A stretch of 64,000 nt of DNA, taken from a virus. The stretch is taken from IMG/VR virus record IMGVR_UViG_3300042520_001372; one strand, 5' to 3'. Of this stretch, positions 16,765-26,754 are shown in pieces (the stretch's first letter is position 1; each line of letters opens with the position of its first letter). Position numbers and translations under genes: made by a program. Under the pieces are notes generated by a model, which saw only the letters and a list, made by a program, of their open reading frames with translations, was not told the origin of the DNA and did no database searches.

Positions 16765-19700
16765 TTAGTAGTCTACATTCATTATTATTCTGTCTTTACC
16801 GTACTTTGTTTGATCAGTGGTTGATGGGAATTTAAACGGAAAAGACTTTGCTCCTACTTTACTCACTATTGCATTCATCAAAGCAGTAAATTGTTCCCTG
16901 AATAGCTTCTTGTGGTATGGGGTTAATTTACTTAAATCTAATTTGTTCTTCCAAACAGCTGGGGTTATATTTTCGTTTATTAACCCTCTCATTCTAGCTA
17001 CTGCTTCTGCTTCGTTATCATTAAGAGTACCTTTAGTAGCTTTTAATAGAGGTCTCAAGTTATCAAAACCATCTTTTAATAGCAGCACATCATTTAGCAG
17101 TCTTGCATACTGTATGTAAGTACTTCTTGATGCTGTTCCTGGATCTGAAGCAGGTAAGCTAGATGGGTTTGCATACTCAGCTCCTGTTCTTTCTTCGATA
17201 TACTTTTTATCCTTTATTCCATAAACTTCAATAATATAAGTATTGTTCGGTGCACCGGCCGGGTATATTGCATCAAGCAGTTCTCTCATTGCATCTTTAG
17301 TTGATTTATTATCAGGGACTTTATCCCCTGTCTTATCTCCCTGAGCTACAATCCCAGGTAGAATACATCCGTTACTATCCTTGTATGATGATCCTGCGTG
17401 AATAAGGATACCTCCTCGGTAAGGAACATCACCAAGTCTGAATACAGATCCTAATCCCGGATTGTTGTTTGCTTTTGATTTTGTAAAAGGGTATCTCCCT
17501 GGTGGAATACAGCTTATGCTTGAATTATTACCTTTCCATAGCAGCTCTACAGTGGTGAAGTCTTTTAGTTTTTTACCAGCATTGTCAAATAACTCTAGTG
17601 TTCCTAATGTTTGTCCAATAGTCTGTGACCCAGGAGTCGTGACTTCTTTTAATCTTCTCAATTTTAGTCTTACCGGTCCGGGAGTATTCGAAGGATAAAC
17701 AACTACGCCGGTCGGTGCTGCAGCAGGCCCTGATGTTCCTGTTGGTCCTGCAGAAGCTTTTACTCCTCCAAAATCTTGTGAGCTACTTAGGACAACTACT
17801 GAGTTTGGCACTACTACTGTGTCAATACTGGTTGTCCATTGGTTGTCTTGAATTCTATGTGCAATTCCTCTTATTAAAAACTGTAAAGTTGAACCGTAAT
17901 TGTATGGAAGGAAGCTACTATCTACTGCAAACTGCTGGTAAATCTTTATTCCTGATATTCCGTCAATGGTCATATTCAGGTTGATTGGTAAGAACCCTAA
18001 TATTCCGGTAGCTGTATCAGTATTAACTGCAGTCGCTGATTGAGCAAAAGTAATCATGTTAGTTAAAATACTGCTAAACTCAGATACTTTTTCTTCGTCC
18101 CATGTATAATCAACCAATCCTTGAATATAGTTTAGATATTCTTGTTGTATACTTAAATATGCTTGTCCTAATTGAGCTTGTTTAGCTGCTTTTGCATCTC
18201 TGTCGGCTTGAGTTTCCCCTTTGTTGGTTTTAATTGGTAGTATTCTATCATCCAATCCTCTATTCCATTTAGAAAAAGCAGTAGCATCTTCACCTTTTAT
18301 GTACCCATTAGCTTGTGCTCCAATCGTAATAGTTGAAGCTAATTCATTTGTAATTTCAGTCTTAATTCCAAAGTCTCTAACAAAAGAGCCTTCTTTGTCT
18401 GGATTTAATCCGTAAAGTTTAATTATTCCGCTTGTAGACGGTTTGGGTTGCCGGGAAGGAATAACTACTTCCTCAACAATATAAAATCTTCCCTCTTCGG
18501 CATCGATTGTAGGCTCTAATTTATTTTGTGCTCCTAATGAACTTTGTATACCGTTACAAATTGATTTTAATAAATCAAAAATAGGTACTTTGTTATTATT
18601 GTCTTTTAATCCGTTTATTTCTTTTAGTACGTATGCCATATTAACATACACGTTCATTAATCTTCCTGCATCTTTATGTGTTGGGTCTTGAAAAATTCCT
18701 TCATCTGGGATTTGAGGGAATATTTCTCCTCCGGCTGCATTTAATAGTTCTACTGGGGTTCTAACAACACAGATTTGCGGGTTAGCAGAAACCGTATATG
18801 GTGTTTTGTATATGAGATTAGTCTCAGGGTCGTTATCTAAAGTAATGAGTGGGTTCTGTGCATTAAGATTTACATAGATCATATTTGTATCCCACATATA
18901 CTGTAGCAATGCACCGAATCTAATGTAAAAGTAAATTTCATTACTTTCTGCATTAAAAATTTTTATTGCATCGTATTTTTTATAAACACCTCCTTTAAAC
19001 CTGAAAGGATTAGCAGTAGCTAAAGATCTACATCTGAAAGTACCGTTTGTTGTTGTTTTAATTAAATCTTGCCTAATATCATAAAATAATCGACCTAAAA
19101 CGCTGATATTTTTTAAGATATCAATAACTTCATAATCTGTCTTAGCATCTGCAAGTTTTGCTTGTTGATCTGCCTTAGCTTGTGCTTCCTGTTTTTTCTG
19201 TTCTTGAGTTAGTATACCGCTGGGACTATCCTCTGGCATAACGTTCATTTTTAGAGATTCAATAACATCTCCGTAACTCATTATAACTACTGTAATATCA
19301 TAGGATCCGTCTGGAAGGAAGCTCCAAGTAAAATTACTTATCCTACCAAAGATTGCATCGTAGTTAGCAGATGTATTTATCTTCTTTTGTTCGATATCAA
19401 TGAGTAGCTTAGCTTGATCACCTGTGTATGTATTATCTAAAAATTTAGATGTTAATGTGTCTGAATCTTTAAATGCTGTGTAGTTACCTTCGTTGTCGTA
19501 GTATAAGCTATTTCCAAATTCTATAAATACTGAATATCCAAGTCTTAGGTAAAGTATATCTAGCAGTTCAAACTGCTCTCTACTGTAAGCTTTTATGTTA
19601 ATGGTAGATTCTCTTATAGAACCTCTGTTTCTATTTTTAGTTTCAAAAAAAACAATGCCCGGTGCTGGCCTTGGACCTTGTTCATAACCAAAAGCAGTAT

Positions 19701-19962
19701 ATGAATCCAACCCACCTAGCACAGTACCATCTTTTAAAGTACCTCCGAACAAGCTATATCTTTTAGCTATATCAGGATCTTTATATCTAAATTTGTCAGG
19801 ATACTTAATTACAATGGCCGATGTAAGCTTTATCCAAGCTGAATTTGCATTTTGCTGTAGTAACTGGGAGGTAGATCTTGAAGTGTCTCCAAGTTGTTTC
19901 TGCCTTTGTTTTATCTGATCGGCAACATGTGGTTTAAAACCTTCTCCTGTAATGTTCCCCAT
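16765..19962 (-). CDS. Baseplate hub-like protein with C-terminal DUF5675-like domain
   Basis: Follows LysM gene; LYLRLGYSVFIEFG, NYDAIFGRISNFTWS, IAHRIQDNQWTTSI; SCIPPGRY...ILIHAG...DSNGCILPG. Confidence 0.65.
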   Translation of the reverse strand: MGNITGEGFKPHVADQIKQRQKQLGDTSRSTSQLLQQNANSAWIKLTSAIVIKYPDKFRYKDPDIAKRYSLFGGTLKDGTVLGGLDSYTAFGYEQGPRPAPGIVFFETKNRNRGSIRESTINIKAYSREQFELLDILYLRLGYSVFIEFGNSLYYDNEGNYTAFKDSDTLTSKFLDNTYTGDQAKLLIDIEQKKINTSANYDAIFGRISNFTWSFLPDGSYDITVVIMSYGDVIESLKMNVMPEDSPSGILTQEQKKQEAQAKADQQAKLADAKTDYEVIDILKNISVLGRLFYDIRQDLIKTTTNGTFRCRSLATANPFRFKGGVYKKYDAIKIFNAESNEIYFYIRFGALLQYMWDTNMIYVNLNAQNPLITLDNDPETNLIYKTPYTVSANPQICVVRTPVELLNAAGGEIFPQIPDEGIFQDPTHKDAGRLMNVYVNMAYVLKEINGLKDNNNKVPIFDLLKSICNGIQSSLGAQNKLEPTIDAEEGRFYIVEEVVIPSRQPKPSTSGIIKLYGLNPDKEGSFVRDFGIKTEITNELASTITIGAQANGYIKGEDATAFSKWNRGLDDRILPIKTNKGETQADRDAKAAKQAQLGQAYLSIQQEYLNYIQGLVDYTWDEEKVSEFSSILTNMITFAQSATAVNTDTATGILGFLPINLNMTIDGISGIKIYQQFAVDSSFLPYNYGSTLQFLIRGIAHRIQDNQWTTSIDTVVVPNSVVVLSSSQDFGGVKASAGPTGTSGPAAAPTGVVVYPSNTPGPVRLKLRRLKEVTTPGSQTIGQTLGTLELFDNAGKKLKDFTTVELLWKGNNSSISCIPPGRYPFTKSKANNNPGLGSVFRLGDVPYRGGILIHAGSSYKDSNGCILPGIVAQGDKTGDKVPDNKSTKDAMRELLDAIYPAGAPNNTYIIEVYGIKDKKYIEERTGAEYANPSSLPASDPGTASRSTYIQYARLLNDVLLLKDGFDNLRPLLKATKGTLNDNEAEAVARMRGLINENITPAVWKNKLDLSKLTPYHKKLFREQFTALMNAIVSKVGAKSFPFKFPSTTDQTKYGKDRIIMNVDY

Positions 19963-19963
19963 A

Positions 19964-20260
19964 TCACGAGTTTATTATATTAAATTGATTAACGACCTCA
20001 ATTGGATTGTAAGGTATTCTAATTTGACCTCCAAGAGGTGGTACTAACGAGTTTTGCTTTAGTTCTTGATTTGCAGTTGAAATAACCCACCATAATGAAC
20101 TGTCACCGTAATACTGCTGTGCTAATAAATCAAAACGATCTCCAATAGTTGTAATAACGTAAATATCATTTTCGTTCAAAGGTATTTCCGGATAACGAGA
20201 AGTCCTATAGGCTCGCTTTCCATTATATTTTGTTTGTGGTATGTTTTGATATCTATCCAT
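19964..20260 (-). CDS. LysM/tail-X-like baseplate protein
   Basis: GDRFDLLAQQYYGDSSLWWVISTAN...GGQIRIP. Confidence 0.8.
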   Translation of the reverse strand: MDRYQNIPQTKYNGKRAYRTSRYPEIPLNENDIYVITTIGDRFDLLAQQYYGDSSLWWVISTANQELKQNSLVPPLGGQIRIPYNPIEVVNQFNIINS

Positions 20261-22308
20261 TAACTCTGATAGTTATTATCGTACCCGCTATCTAAAGCAA
20301 TATATCTCTGAGGTCCGTTCCCTAAATTGGTAGGAGTTTCAAATTTTCCATCGATTTTTTGAACTTGTGGAGTAAACTTATGAATCGGTGTAAAGTTAAA
20401 GCTCGATACTTTGATCATATGCGGTAACTCTTTTACAAAATCATCCCCCCTATTTCGTGGATCTGTAAAGCCATTATCGTTAATTCCTATTTCCCAGGTT
20501 GATTCTTCTGATAGGTCGTAAGTTAGTCCTGTAATGAATCCGGGTTGGTTAAAGAAGTACCCTCCGATAGTCAACTCTACTAACACCCCTCTCATAAAAC
20601 CGTTGTTGTAATCCGGTGCTAATGAAGAAGCTAAGTAGTTAAGTTTTTTATACATTGGAATAAGCTCTTCTTTTGATTGAGCATATACTGTCCAAGATAA
20701 TGAAACTTTTCTATCAAAGCCACTATAAGTATAAAAATTTTCCCCTCTACCTACATATTTGTGAGGTTGCCAATCTGCAGTATAGTTATCGCTTATGTTA
20801 TTTAAAAATGCTCTAAAGTGAATAAATGTTCTTATCTGTTTATTATTTTCATTTATTCCATTTGAATCCATTACGGCAATTCTGAATTTGACTAGGTCGT
20901 TTACGTCTTTATCTTTATCTCCTGAAACATTGTCAGATTGGTATAAAGGTAGAGCGTTTATTGTATCAACTGCTCCTAGCCGTGCACCTTCTGTATTCCC
21001 GACTGTGTACTGTCTTTTGCCTTTACTGTAATCACTTACATCACCTTTTAGTCCAGGATTTCCTAAGTGAACTCTTTTTTCAATATTTTCTTCTGTATAA
21101 GAAGGAGCTAATACGTTAGCACCTACTGCTTTTGCGTCTGCATTGTTTATGTTTCTTAGCTCTTTCCTAAAATCTCTAATTTGACCAGTTTGTCTGTAAG
21201 AAACGCTTTGCTGTAATTGATCTTGATCGTAAGTAAATGCTGTTAAGTTTTGTAAATTATCAACATTATCTTTATCTGCTGTAACTGTCGGTTGTGATTC
21301 TCTCCTAAAAGCATCTGGTACTTTCCCTGAGTTACTAGCACTACCTGTTACTGGAATGTATAAAGAACCGGTTAGGTTACTTAGTGTTGCGTAAATTGAA
21401 TTAGTAGTTAAATCAACTGCATTTTTAGTACCGGTTCCATCTGTTGCTTGGTATATACGAATTGAATCAGCTGTAGGTAATTCTTGTACGTAGTTAACTC
21501 CGTAAATTGCTGAGAATGTATCTTTTGCTGTATTAAGACCTATAATTTCCTGTGTTTTGTTTTCACTGTACCCATACTCTACTTGATTTATAATTCGAGA
21601 TTGAAATGCTTTATTTGAAGCTCCTGTTAATAAAGTAGCATCTTTTAGTATAACATATCTTTCTAAATACTTATAATCAGCTTTATTGTTATTAATCCCT
21701 GTTCTTTGTTCACCTGGGATAGTAATTCTGGTTTGGCCAACTCCTAAAATAGAACCAGGTCCACCTGGGTAGCTGTATAGTACGTTTGATATTTTCCTAT
21801 CATCAACAAAACTATTTGCAAACTTTACTAGTCTATTACTAACTTCAGGCTGTCTTGAAGTAACAACGTCTGTATACGTTCTCAAACTCCCTATACTATC
21901 CGGAATAGGATTTTTACCAAATGTATTAAAATGTAATCCTCCACCATTAACTATTGCTTGAGCAATTGTACTAGTTGGTAAATAAGCACCTTGGTTTAGA
22001 CCCTTGGGACTAGCTTGAGTCTGGACGTTTTGCCTTGATAGTACATTCTGCTTTATTGTAAAAGCAGGTCCTTGGAAAGTATTTGCTGTTAATAATAACT
22101 TAGTTAATCTAGAAGCATCATCTGCAATACTTTGAAAAATTAAAGAACCGCCTCGGGTTAAAACATCTAATCCCCCTGTATTTCCGACCGCATTAAACCC
22201 ATCAGGTATAGACTTTCGGACAAACGGTTGATTGCTTGATCCTCCACCTATCCTGTCCTTAGAGTATTTTAAACTCTTTAGATCAGTTTTTAGGTCGATT
22301 AACCCCAT
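20260..22308 (-). CDS. Baseplate / tail-tube initiator-like protein
   Basis: C-terminal FRAFLNNISDNYTADW..YVGRGE.FY.Y.GFDRKVS; lies between tape measure and LysM genes. Confidence 0.6.
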   Translation of the reverse strand: MGLIDLKTDLKSLKYSKDRIGGGSSNQPFVRKSIPDGFNAVGNTGGLDVLTRGGSLIFQSIADDASRLTKLLLTANTFQGPAFTIKQNVLSRQNVQTQASPKGLNQGAYLPTSTIAQAIVNGGGLHFNTFGKNPIPDSIGSLRTYTDVVTSRQPEVSNRLVKFANSFVDDRKISNVLYSYPGGPGSILGVGQTRITIPGEQRTGINNNKADYKYLERYVILKDATLLTGASNKAFQSRIINQVEYGYSENKTQEIIGLNTAKDTFSAIYGVNYVQELPTADSIRIYQATDGTGTKNAVDLTTNSIYATLSNLTGSLYIPVTGSASNSGKVPDAFRRESQPTVTADKDNVDNLQNLTAFTYDQDQLQQSVSYRQTGQIRDFRKELRNINNADAKAVGANVLAPSYTEENIEKRVHLGNPGLKGDVSDYSKGKRQYTVGNTEGARLGAVDTINALPLYQSDNVSGDKDKDVNDLVKFRIAVMDSNGINENNKQIRTFIHFRAFLNNISDNYTADWQPHKYVGRGENFYTYSGFDRKVSLSWTVYAQSKEELIPMYKKLNYLASSLAPDYNNGFMRGVLVELTIGGYFFNQPGFITGLTYDLSEESTWEIGINDNGFTDPRNRGDDFVKELPHMIKVSSFNFTPIHKFTPQVQKIDGKFETPTNLGNGPQRYIALDSGYDNNYQS

Positions 22309-22718
22309 TACTTAGGTAAGTTATCTAAATATGGATATTTTCCGGGTATTGTTGGTTTATTACCGTCAAAGTCTAATTGTGATTTAGCTAGACCGGCTAC
22401 GTAGTTTGTCTGCTGGTTATAACCTGTAGGAGTTTTTCCGTCTAGATCTAATTGTGATTTTGCTAAACCGGCAGGGTAGTCGGTGAGTTGATCATAAGCT
22501 ACAGGATCTTTACCATCTAAATCTAATTGAGACTTAGCTAGACCTTCCGGGTATTTAGTTAACTGATCGTAAGACACTGGTGTTAATCCATCTAAATCTA
22601 ACTGTGACTTAGCTAAATCCTGCGGATAGTTACTAACACCACTGTATGATGCAGGGGTTTTACCGTCCAAAGTAGTTAAATCAGAGCCTTGAGTCTGTAA
22701 TTTTATTAATAGTCCCAT
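22308..22718 (-). CDS. 25-aa tandem-repeat protein
   Basis: Four LAKSQLD(L/F)DG repeats at 75-bp period; TATTTATA motif upstream. Confidence 0.75.
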   Translation of the reverse strand: MGLLIKLQTQGSDLTTLDGKTPASYSGVSNYPQDLAKSQLDLDGLTPVSYDQLTKYPEGLAKSQLDLDGKDPVAYDQLTDYPAGLAKSQLDLDGKTPTGYNQQTNYVAGLAKSQLDFDGNKPTIPGKYPYLDNLPK

Positions 22719-22746
22719 TGTTTGTTAATTTATTATAAATATTTGC

Positions 22747-25074
22747 TTATTGCGTTTTAGAGCGTCCCATATTAAATGCTGTACCTGCTTTACTGCTGTC
22801 GATTTTAAGAGTTCCTTCTTTTGATAATATTTGACCTAAAACATCTTTAACTGCTTTTAATTCTGAAATCATTGGTAGAAAATCTATTGTAGGGGTCTTA
22901 GGTTCTTCGGAAGCTCTTCTAATGGTTGGTGATGCGTTTTTATCACCTTCTGCAGTTCTTTTTATATTTGGTGATACTGCGATTCCGTCTCTAGCATCTG
23001 TAATTGCTGTTGCTCCAAACTTATCTGTGATTGTGAAAGGTCCTTTTCCTGGTCCTACAGTACCGTCCTGTACTGATTGTGCTGAATTGTTTGCAGATGA
23101 TAGTGCACTCGTAATTGCGGCAATTCCACCTACGATAGCAACTGCAGTTATTCCAAGCGTTAATGCTGAAGCCAGTCCTGCTGCTCCTACTGCACCGCTT
23201 GCTAAAGTGCTTGCCATAATTACCAAACTTCCAATAGTTCTAGCCAAAGAAACAGCTCCAATCAATCCAATAACTCCGTAAAGTAAACCAGCGTTGCTTG
23301 CTGCAGATGCAATTAATTCTAATACCGGAGTCAATGCATCAGCTACCTTTGTGATTGCTTTTTCAAGTCTCTGTTGAATAGATACTTGTTTTGCAGCCTC
23401 ATAATTCTGTTCTCCATAAATAGCTTTGAACTGTTCGGCACTTAGGTTATTTAATTCCTGCTGGTATAAAGACTTTCCTAACTGTTCGCTAGTCATTCCA
23501 ACTGCTTTAGCTATGGCTTCTTGTTGAAATCTATTCATTTTAGAATACTCCAATGTTGAAACACTCTGTGCTTCTAATTCCTTAGCAAGCCCTCCTAAAT
23601 CATTATTTAAAGCAAGCTGCCTTGCTTTTTCTAAAGTTAAATCTTTACCTGTTAGTAATTCAGCTTCAAGTTCTGCTGTTATTGAAGATTCAAATTGTAA
23701 TAAATTATTAGCAACTCCGCTTATTTCCCCTAAAGTTAATCCAAGGTTCTTAGCCTCTGTTACTGCTTTTGCTATCTCAGATGTATTAAATGCAAATCTT
23801 GCACCTAGATCCTTGGATACGTTAGCAGTCTCTCGTAGAATGTTACGAGCGTTTAACGCTGTTTTGTTCTGTAGGTTAAAAGCATCGACTGCATTGTAAG
23901 CTTGGTCGGCAATAACCTGTACATTCTGACCTGCTATGGATGAATTAGCTGCTAAGTTTATTGCTTCTTCTGCTGACAATCCTAACTGGTCTCTTAAAAC
24001 TGTTGCACCAACAACGTTTTTAGAACCTAAAATATCTCCTTGTACTCCTAACTGATCGGTAGCTTGCTGTATTGTTTTAAGTAAATCAACGTTGGTTGCT
24101 AAAAACTCTCCGGACGCTATTGCTGCAACGTTAAGTTCGGTAGTTAAACCGGTCATTTGAGTTTTAGCGTACCCTAATGCTCTCCCTGTTTCAACCAATT
24201 GGTTGTTTAGGTCGAACATTTTCTTTACTAGAGTACCAGCAACTGCAAGACCTAAGACTAGAGGATCGGTTAAACCTTTTTTAAGACTGGTGAATAATTC
24301 ATTTCCTAACAGTCTAAGAGAATCTACCTTTGAGAAGGTTCCTTGTCCATTTTCTTTAGCTTCTTGTAAAGTCTTTGTAACTTTAGCTAAAGCTTCTCTT
24401 GCTGCATTTCCTACGCCTGGTATTTTTCCAAGAAACTCTGTTAGTTTACCGGCTGCTCCTAAGCTTTCATCTAGCTTTTCTTGAATAACTAGTTCTTTTT
24501 CTCGGAGTGTAAGTTGTTTTTTAAGTTCGTTGGTATTTGTTTTTGAATAAAGTAACTGTCTTGCTTGAGTGCTTAGTGATTCAACATTTGTACTTAGAAT
24601 AACTTCTTCTGCGGCAATTTGAGTTTGTAATCTTGCTAGTTTGGCTGCACTAATCTTTTTACCTTCTGCAGCAGATTGTAACATCTTAGCTTCTTTAGCA
24701 GCTAATTTTTCGACACTCTGTAAAGATTTCTCTGTTATTTTTAATTTGGTTCTCTCATCTCTTGTTAAAGTAGAGAGTATTGCTTTATTCTGTAGATCAG
24801 CTTTAAGAATTAACTCTTTATTCTTTTTAATCTGATTTGTAATATCTTTAACTGAAGATAACCCTGTCTTTTGGTTTAAAATAGCATCCGCTATTTTCTT
24901 ATTAGTATTTAATAAGTTCTGATCAAAGGTAGTCTGCCTTGTTCTAATCCCTAAAACTTCTTTTAATGACTCAACAACACGTACAGAAATATCATAACTC
25001 TCCTGCTGTAGAGCTCTTCCTTCTCTTAGAAGTCTATTTTCTTCCTGTAACAGTCTTATTTCTTCGGGAGTCAT
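22747..25074 (-). CDS. Tail tape measure protein
   Basis: Long helical Ala/Leu-rich protein, LLQFESSITAELEAELLTGK; follows chaperone pair. Confidence 0.8.
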   Translation of the reverse strand: MTPEEIRLLQEENRLLREGRALQQESYDISVRVVESLKEVLGIRTRQTTFDQNLLNTNKKIADAILNQKTGLSSVKDITNQIKKNKELILKADLQNKAILSTLTRDERTKLKITEKSLQSVEKLAAKEAKMLQSAAEGKKISAAKLARLQTQIAAEEVILSTNVESLSTQARQLLYSKTNTNELKKQLTLREKELVIQEKLDESLGAAGKLTEFLGKIPGVGNAAREALAKVTKTLQEAKENGQGTFSKVDSLRLLGNELFTSLKKGLTDPLVLGLAVAGTLVKKMFDLNNQLVETGRALGYAKTQMTGLTTELNVAAIASGEFLATNVDLLKTIQQATDQLGVQGDILGSKNVVGATVLRDQLGLSAEEAINLAANSSIAGQNVQVIADQAYNAVDAFNLQNKTALNARNILRETANVSKDLGARFAFNTSEIAKAVTEAKNLGLTLGEISGVANNLLQFESSITAELEAELLTGKDLTLEKARQLALNNDLGGLAKELEAQSVSTLEYSKMNRFQQEAIAKAVGMTSEQLGKSLYQQELNNLSAEQFKAIYGEQNYEAAKQVSIQQRLEKAITKVADALTPVLELIASAASNAGLLYGVIGLIGAVSLARTIGSLVIMASTLASGAVGAAGLASALTLGITAVAIVGGIAAITSALSSANNSAQSVQDGTVGPGKGPFTITDKFGATAITDARDGIAVSPNIKRTAEGDKNASPTIRRASEEPKTPTIDFLPMISELKAVKDVLGQILSKEGTLKIDSSKAGTAFNMGRSKTQ

Positions 25075-25109
25075 CGTTTATATGTTATAAATATTTGAGA
25101 CTCCAAGTT

Positions 25110-25364
25110 TTACTTATACTCTACTTTCCCCGGATTCATTTTAAAAGCTTCCATCTTATTTACATTTCCTGAAGAGTCCATTAAGGATGTACTGTTACCT
25201 TTCTTGCTTGCAGCTTTTGTCTGCTCGTTTTGTTTATCGTAATATTCTTGAATTCTACTGAAAGTAAACTTTCTTAGCCATAATGGCATATTATAGATTG
25301 TATTATAGTCATACCCTCCCTGGCCGTGAAACACTATTTCATGTATCTCGGAAAACAAATTCAT
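25110..25364 (-). CDS. Tail assembly chaperone, second (gpT-like) part
   Basis: IHEIVFHGQGGYDYNTIYNMPLWLRKF; frame is open back to the T8 run in the upstream gene. Confidence 0.65.
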   Translation of the reverse strand: MNLFSEIHEIVFHGQGGYDYNTIYNMPLWLRKFTFSRIQEYYDKQNEQTKAASKKGNSTSLMDSSGNVNKMEAFKMNPGKVEYK

Positions 25365-25383
25365 CCTTGCCTGACTAATAGTC

Positions 25384-26112
25384 TCAGGCGTCAGGCCAAA
25401 AAAAAGAGATCCCCACCGGTATAGCTACCGTTGCGTTACTGTCTTCAGGATAAAAATTTAAATCTGTGTCTGGTTGAACTTGAGAAATGTAAGTTCTTAG
25501 TGCTCTAGAGTCTCTTGCAAGTAATCTAGTGTCTACAAACTCTCTGATAGTCTTAGCTTCAGTATTTCCCTCTATTGATACAATCATGTACTTCAAACGG
25601 GTAGAAAGCTCAGGACTTGCATCTTTACTAATCTTCTTATATCCGTCAAGCTCTCTTTTGATTGCATCTTCGTCTTTATGTGTTAGGATCTTGAAAGTTA
25701 TGTTTGTACCTGTGCTCGGTAAAGTAAACTTAAACTCATTTACTCCCGGGGTAATTAAACTCTCATCGAAAAATTTATTTTCGATCTTTGATAAATCTAC
25801 ACTGTAAGTCTTTCCGCTGTAGGTAAAGCTATAATCTGCTCCATAACCTAAAACTCTGGCTGCAACTAATACTGCATTTTTGTCTCCAACAACTAAATCA
25901 TCGTAGTTTATTTTAGAAACGATCAAGGACTTTAAAAGCTTATCTATAACTGTTCCATTCTCAATGTAAGATTGGTTGGTTAAGATATCCTCTTCTTTTG
26001 CAGTCATGTACTTCATCTCAATTTTACCTGAAGATAAAGGGTTTGATTCTGGATAGAGAAGACCCTTAGAGGGTAGTTCTACTATTTCGGTGGGCATGCT
26101 GAATTCTGACAT
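25384..26112 (-). CDS. Tail assembly chaperone / T4 gp26-like hub assembly protein
   Basis: VELPSKGLLYP, MKYMTAKEEDIL, GDKNAVLVAARVLGYG, ends FFWP; between tube and tape measure genes. Confidence 0.75.
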   Translation of the reverse strand: MSEFSMPTEIVELPSKGLLYPESNPLSSGKIEMKYMTAKEEDILTNQSYIENGTVIDKLLKSLIVSKINYDDLVVGDKNAVLVAARVLGYGADYSFTYSGKTYSVDLSKIENKFFDESLITPGVNEFKFTLPSTGTNITFKILTHKDEDAIKRELDGYKKISKDASPELSTRLKYMIVSIEGNTEAKTIREFVDTRLLARDSRALRTYISQVQPDTDLNFYPEDSNATVAIPVGISFFWPDA

Positions 26113-26180
26113 ATACTTTTTGTTATAACTATTCTCTTATAAATATATATAAATCTGGTATTTTGAAAAGTTTAACAATA

Positions 26181-26211
26181 AAAAAGCCCTCTCTAATGAA
26201 TAGGAGGGCTC
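26181..26211 (-). terminator. Intrinsic terminator after tail tube gene
   Basis: AGCCCTC...GAGGGCT then T-tract on minus strand. Confidence 0.75.
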
Positions 26212-26233
26212 TTTCTTTAAGGTTATTTTTACT

Positions 26234-26722
26234 TTAAAAGTTGAGTATGCAATAATCCATTCCGATGTTTAGAGTGATGTTCTGTGCTTCAGCATCAGTA
26301 TCCCAGTTAAGATCGGCAAACTTGGCAGACTTAATGAATGCTCCTTTGATAATCCATTCTGAAACGATATCACCGACAGGACCTAAGATGTCAATAGTTA
26401 AATCCTTCTTGTAGAAGTCACTGTAACCATCTCTACCTGTTACTGATTCGTGGTGAAGACGTACCCACTCCATTGTTGCTTGAGCACCAGAAGGAGTAAT
26501 TGGATCGTACAAAGTCATTGAAATATCTGACCATGCATTTCTGCCTTTTACTTTTCTGTATACGTTAATGTGGTTTAATTTGATTTCCTCAGCAGTTACT
26601 TCAATTCCGGTTACACCTTTGATGAAGTATGAAGGAATACCATCCACATACATTATAAATCTATTCGCTACTTTGGGTTCAAAGGCGGTGAAGAAGATTT
26701 CATTTGGATTTAATACTGCCAT
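26234..26722 (-). CDS. Tail tube protein (gp19-like)
   Basis: EPKVANRF, WSDISMTLYDP, YKKDLTIDIL, EWIIKGAF; directly downstream of sheath. Confidence 0.9.
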   Translation of the reverse strand: MAVLNPNEIFFTAFEPKVANRFIMYVDGIPSYFIKGVTGIEVTAEEIKLNHINVYRKVKGRNAWSDISMTLYDPITPSGAQATMEWVRLHHESVTGRDGYSDFYKKDLTIDILGPVGDIVSEWIIKGAFIKSAKFADLNWDTDAEAQNITLNIGMDYCILNF

Positions 26723-26742
26723 GTTGTTTTATGTTTATCAGT

Positions 26743-26750
26743 TATAAATA
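26743..26750 (-). promoter_or_regulatory. Putative phage late promoter TATTTATA (representative copy)
   Basis: Same octamer upstream of genes at 2877, 7000, 10903, 11536, 11888, 22734, 25086, 26138, 26743, 28517, 32349, 33110, 33872, 48286, 57050, 57522, 58796 and 61391. Confidence 0.75.
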
Positions 26751-26754
26751 GTTA

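Noticed and set aside
22360-22625. 75-bp periodic repeat resembling a CRISPR array
   Set aside because: In-frame coding repeat with synonymous variation and related 'spacers'; no cas genes
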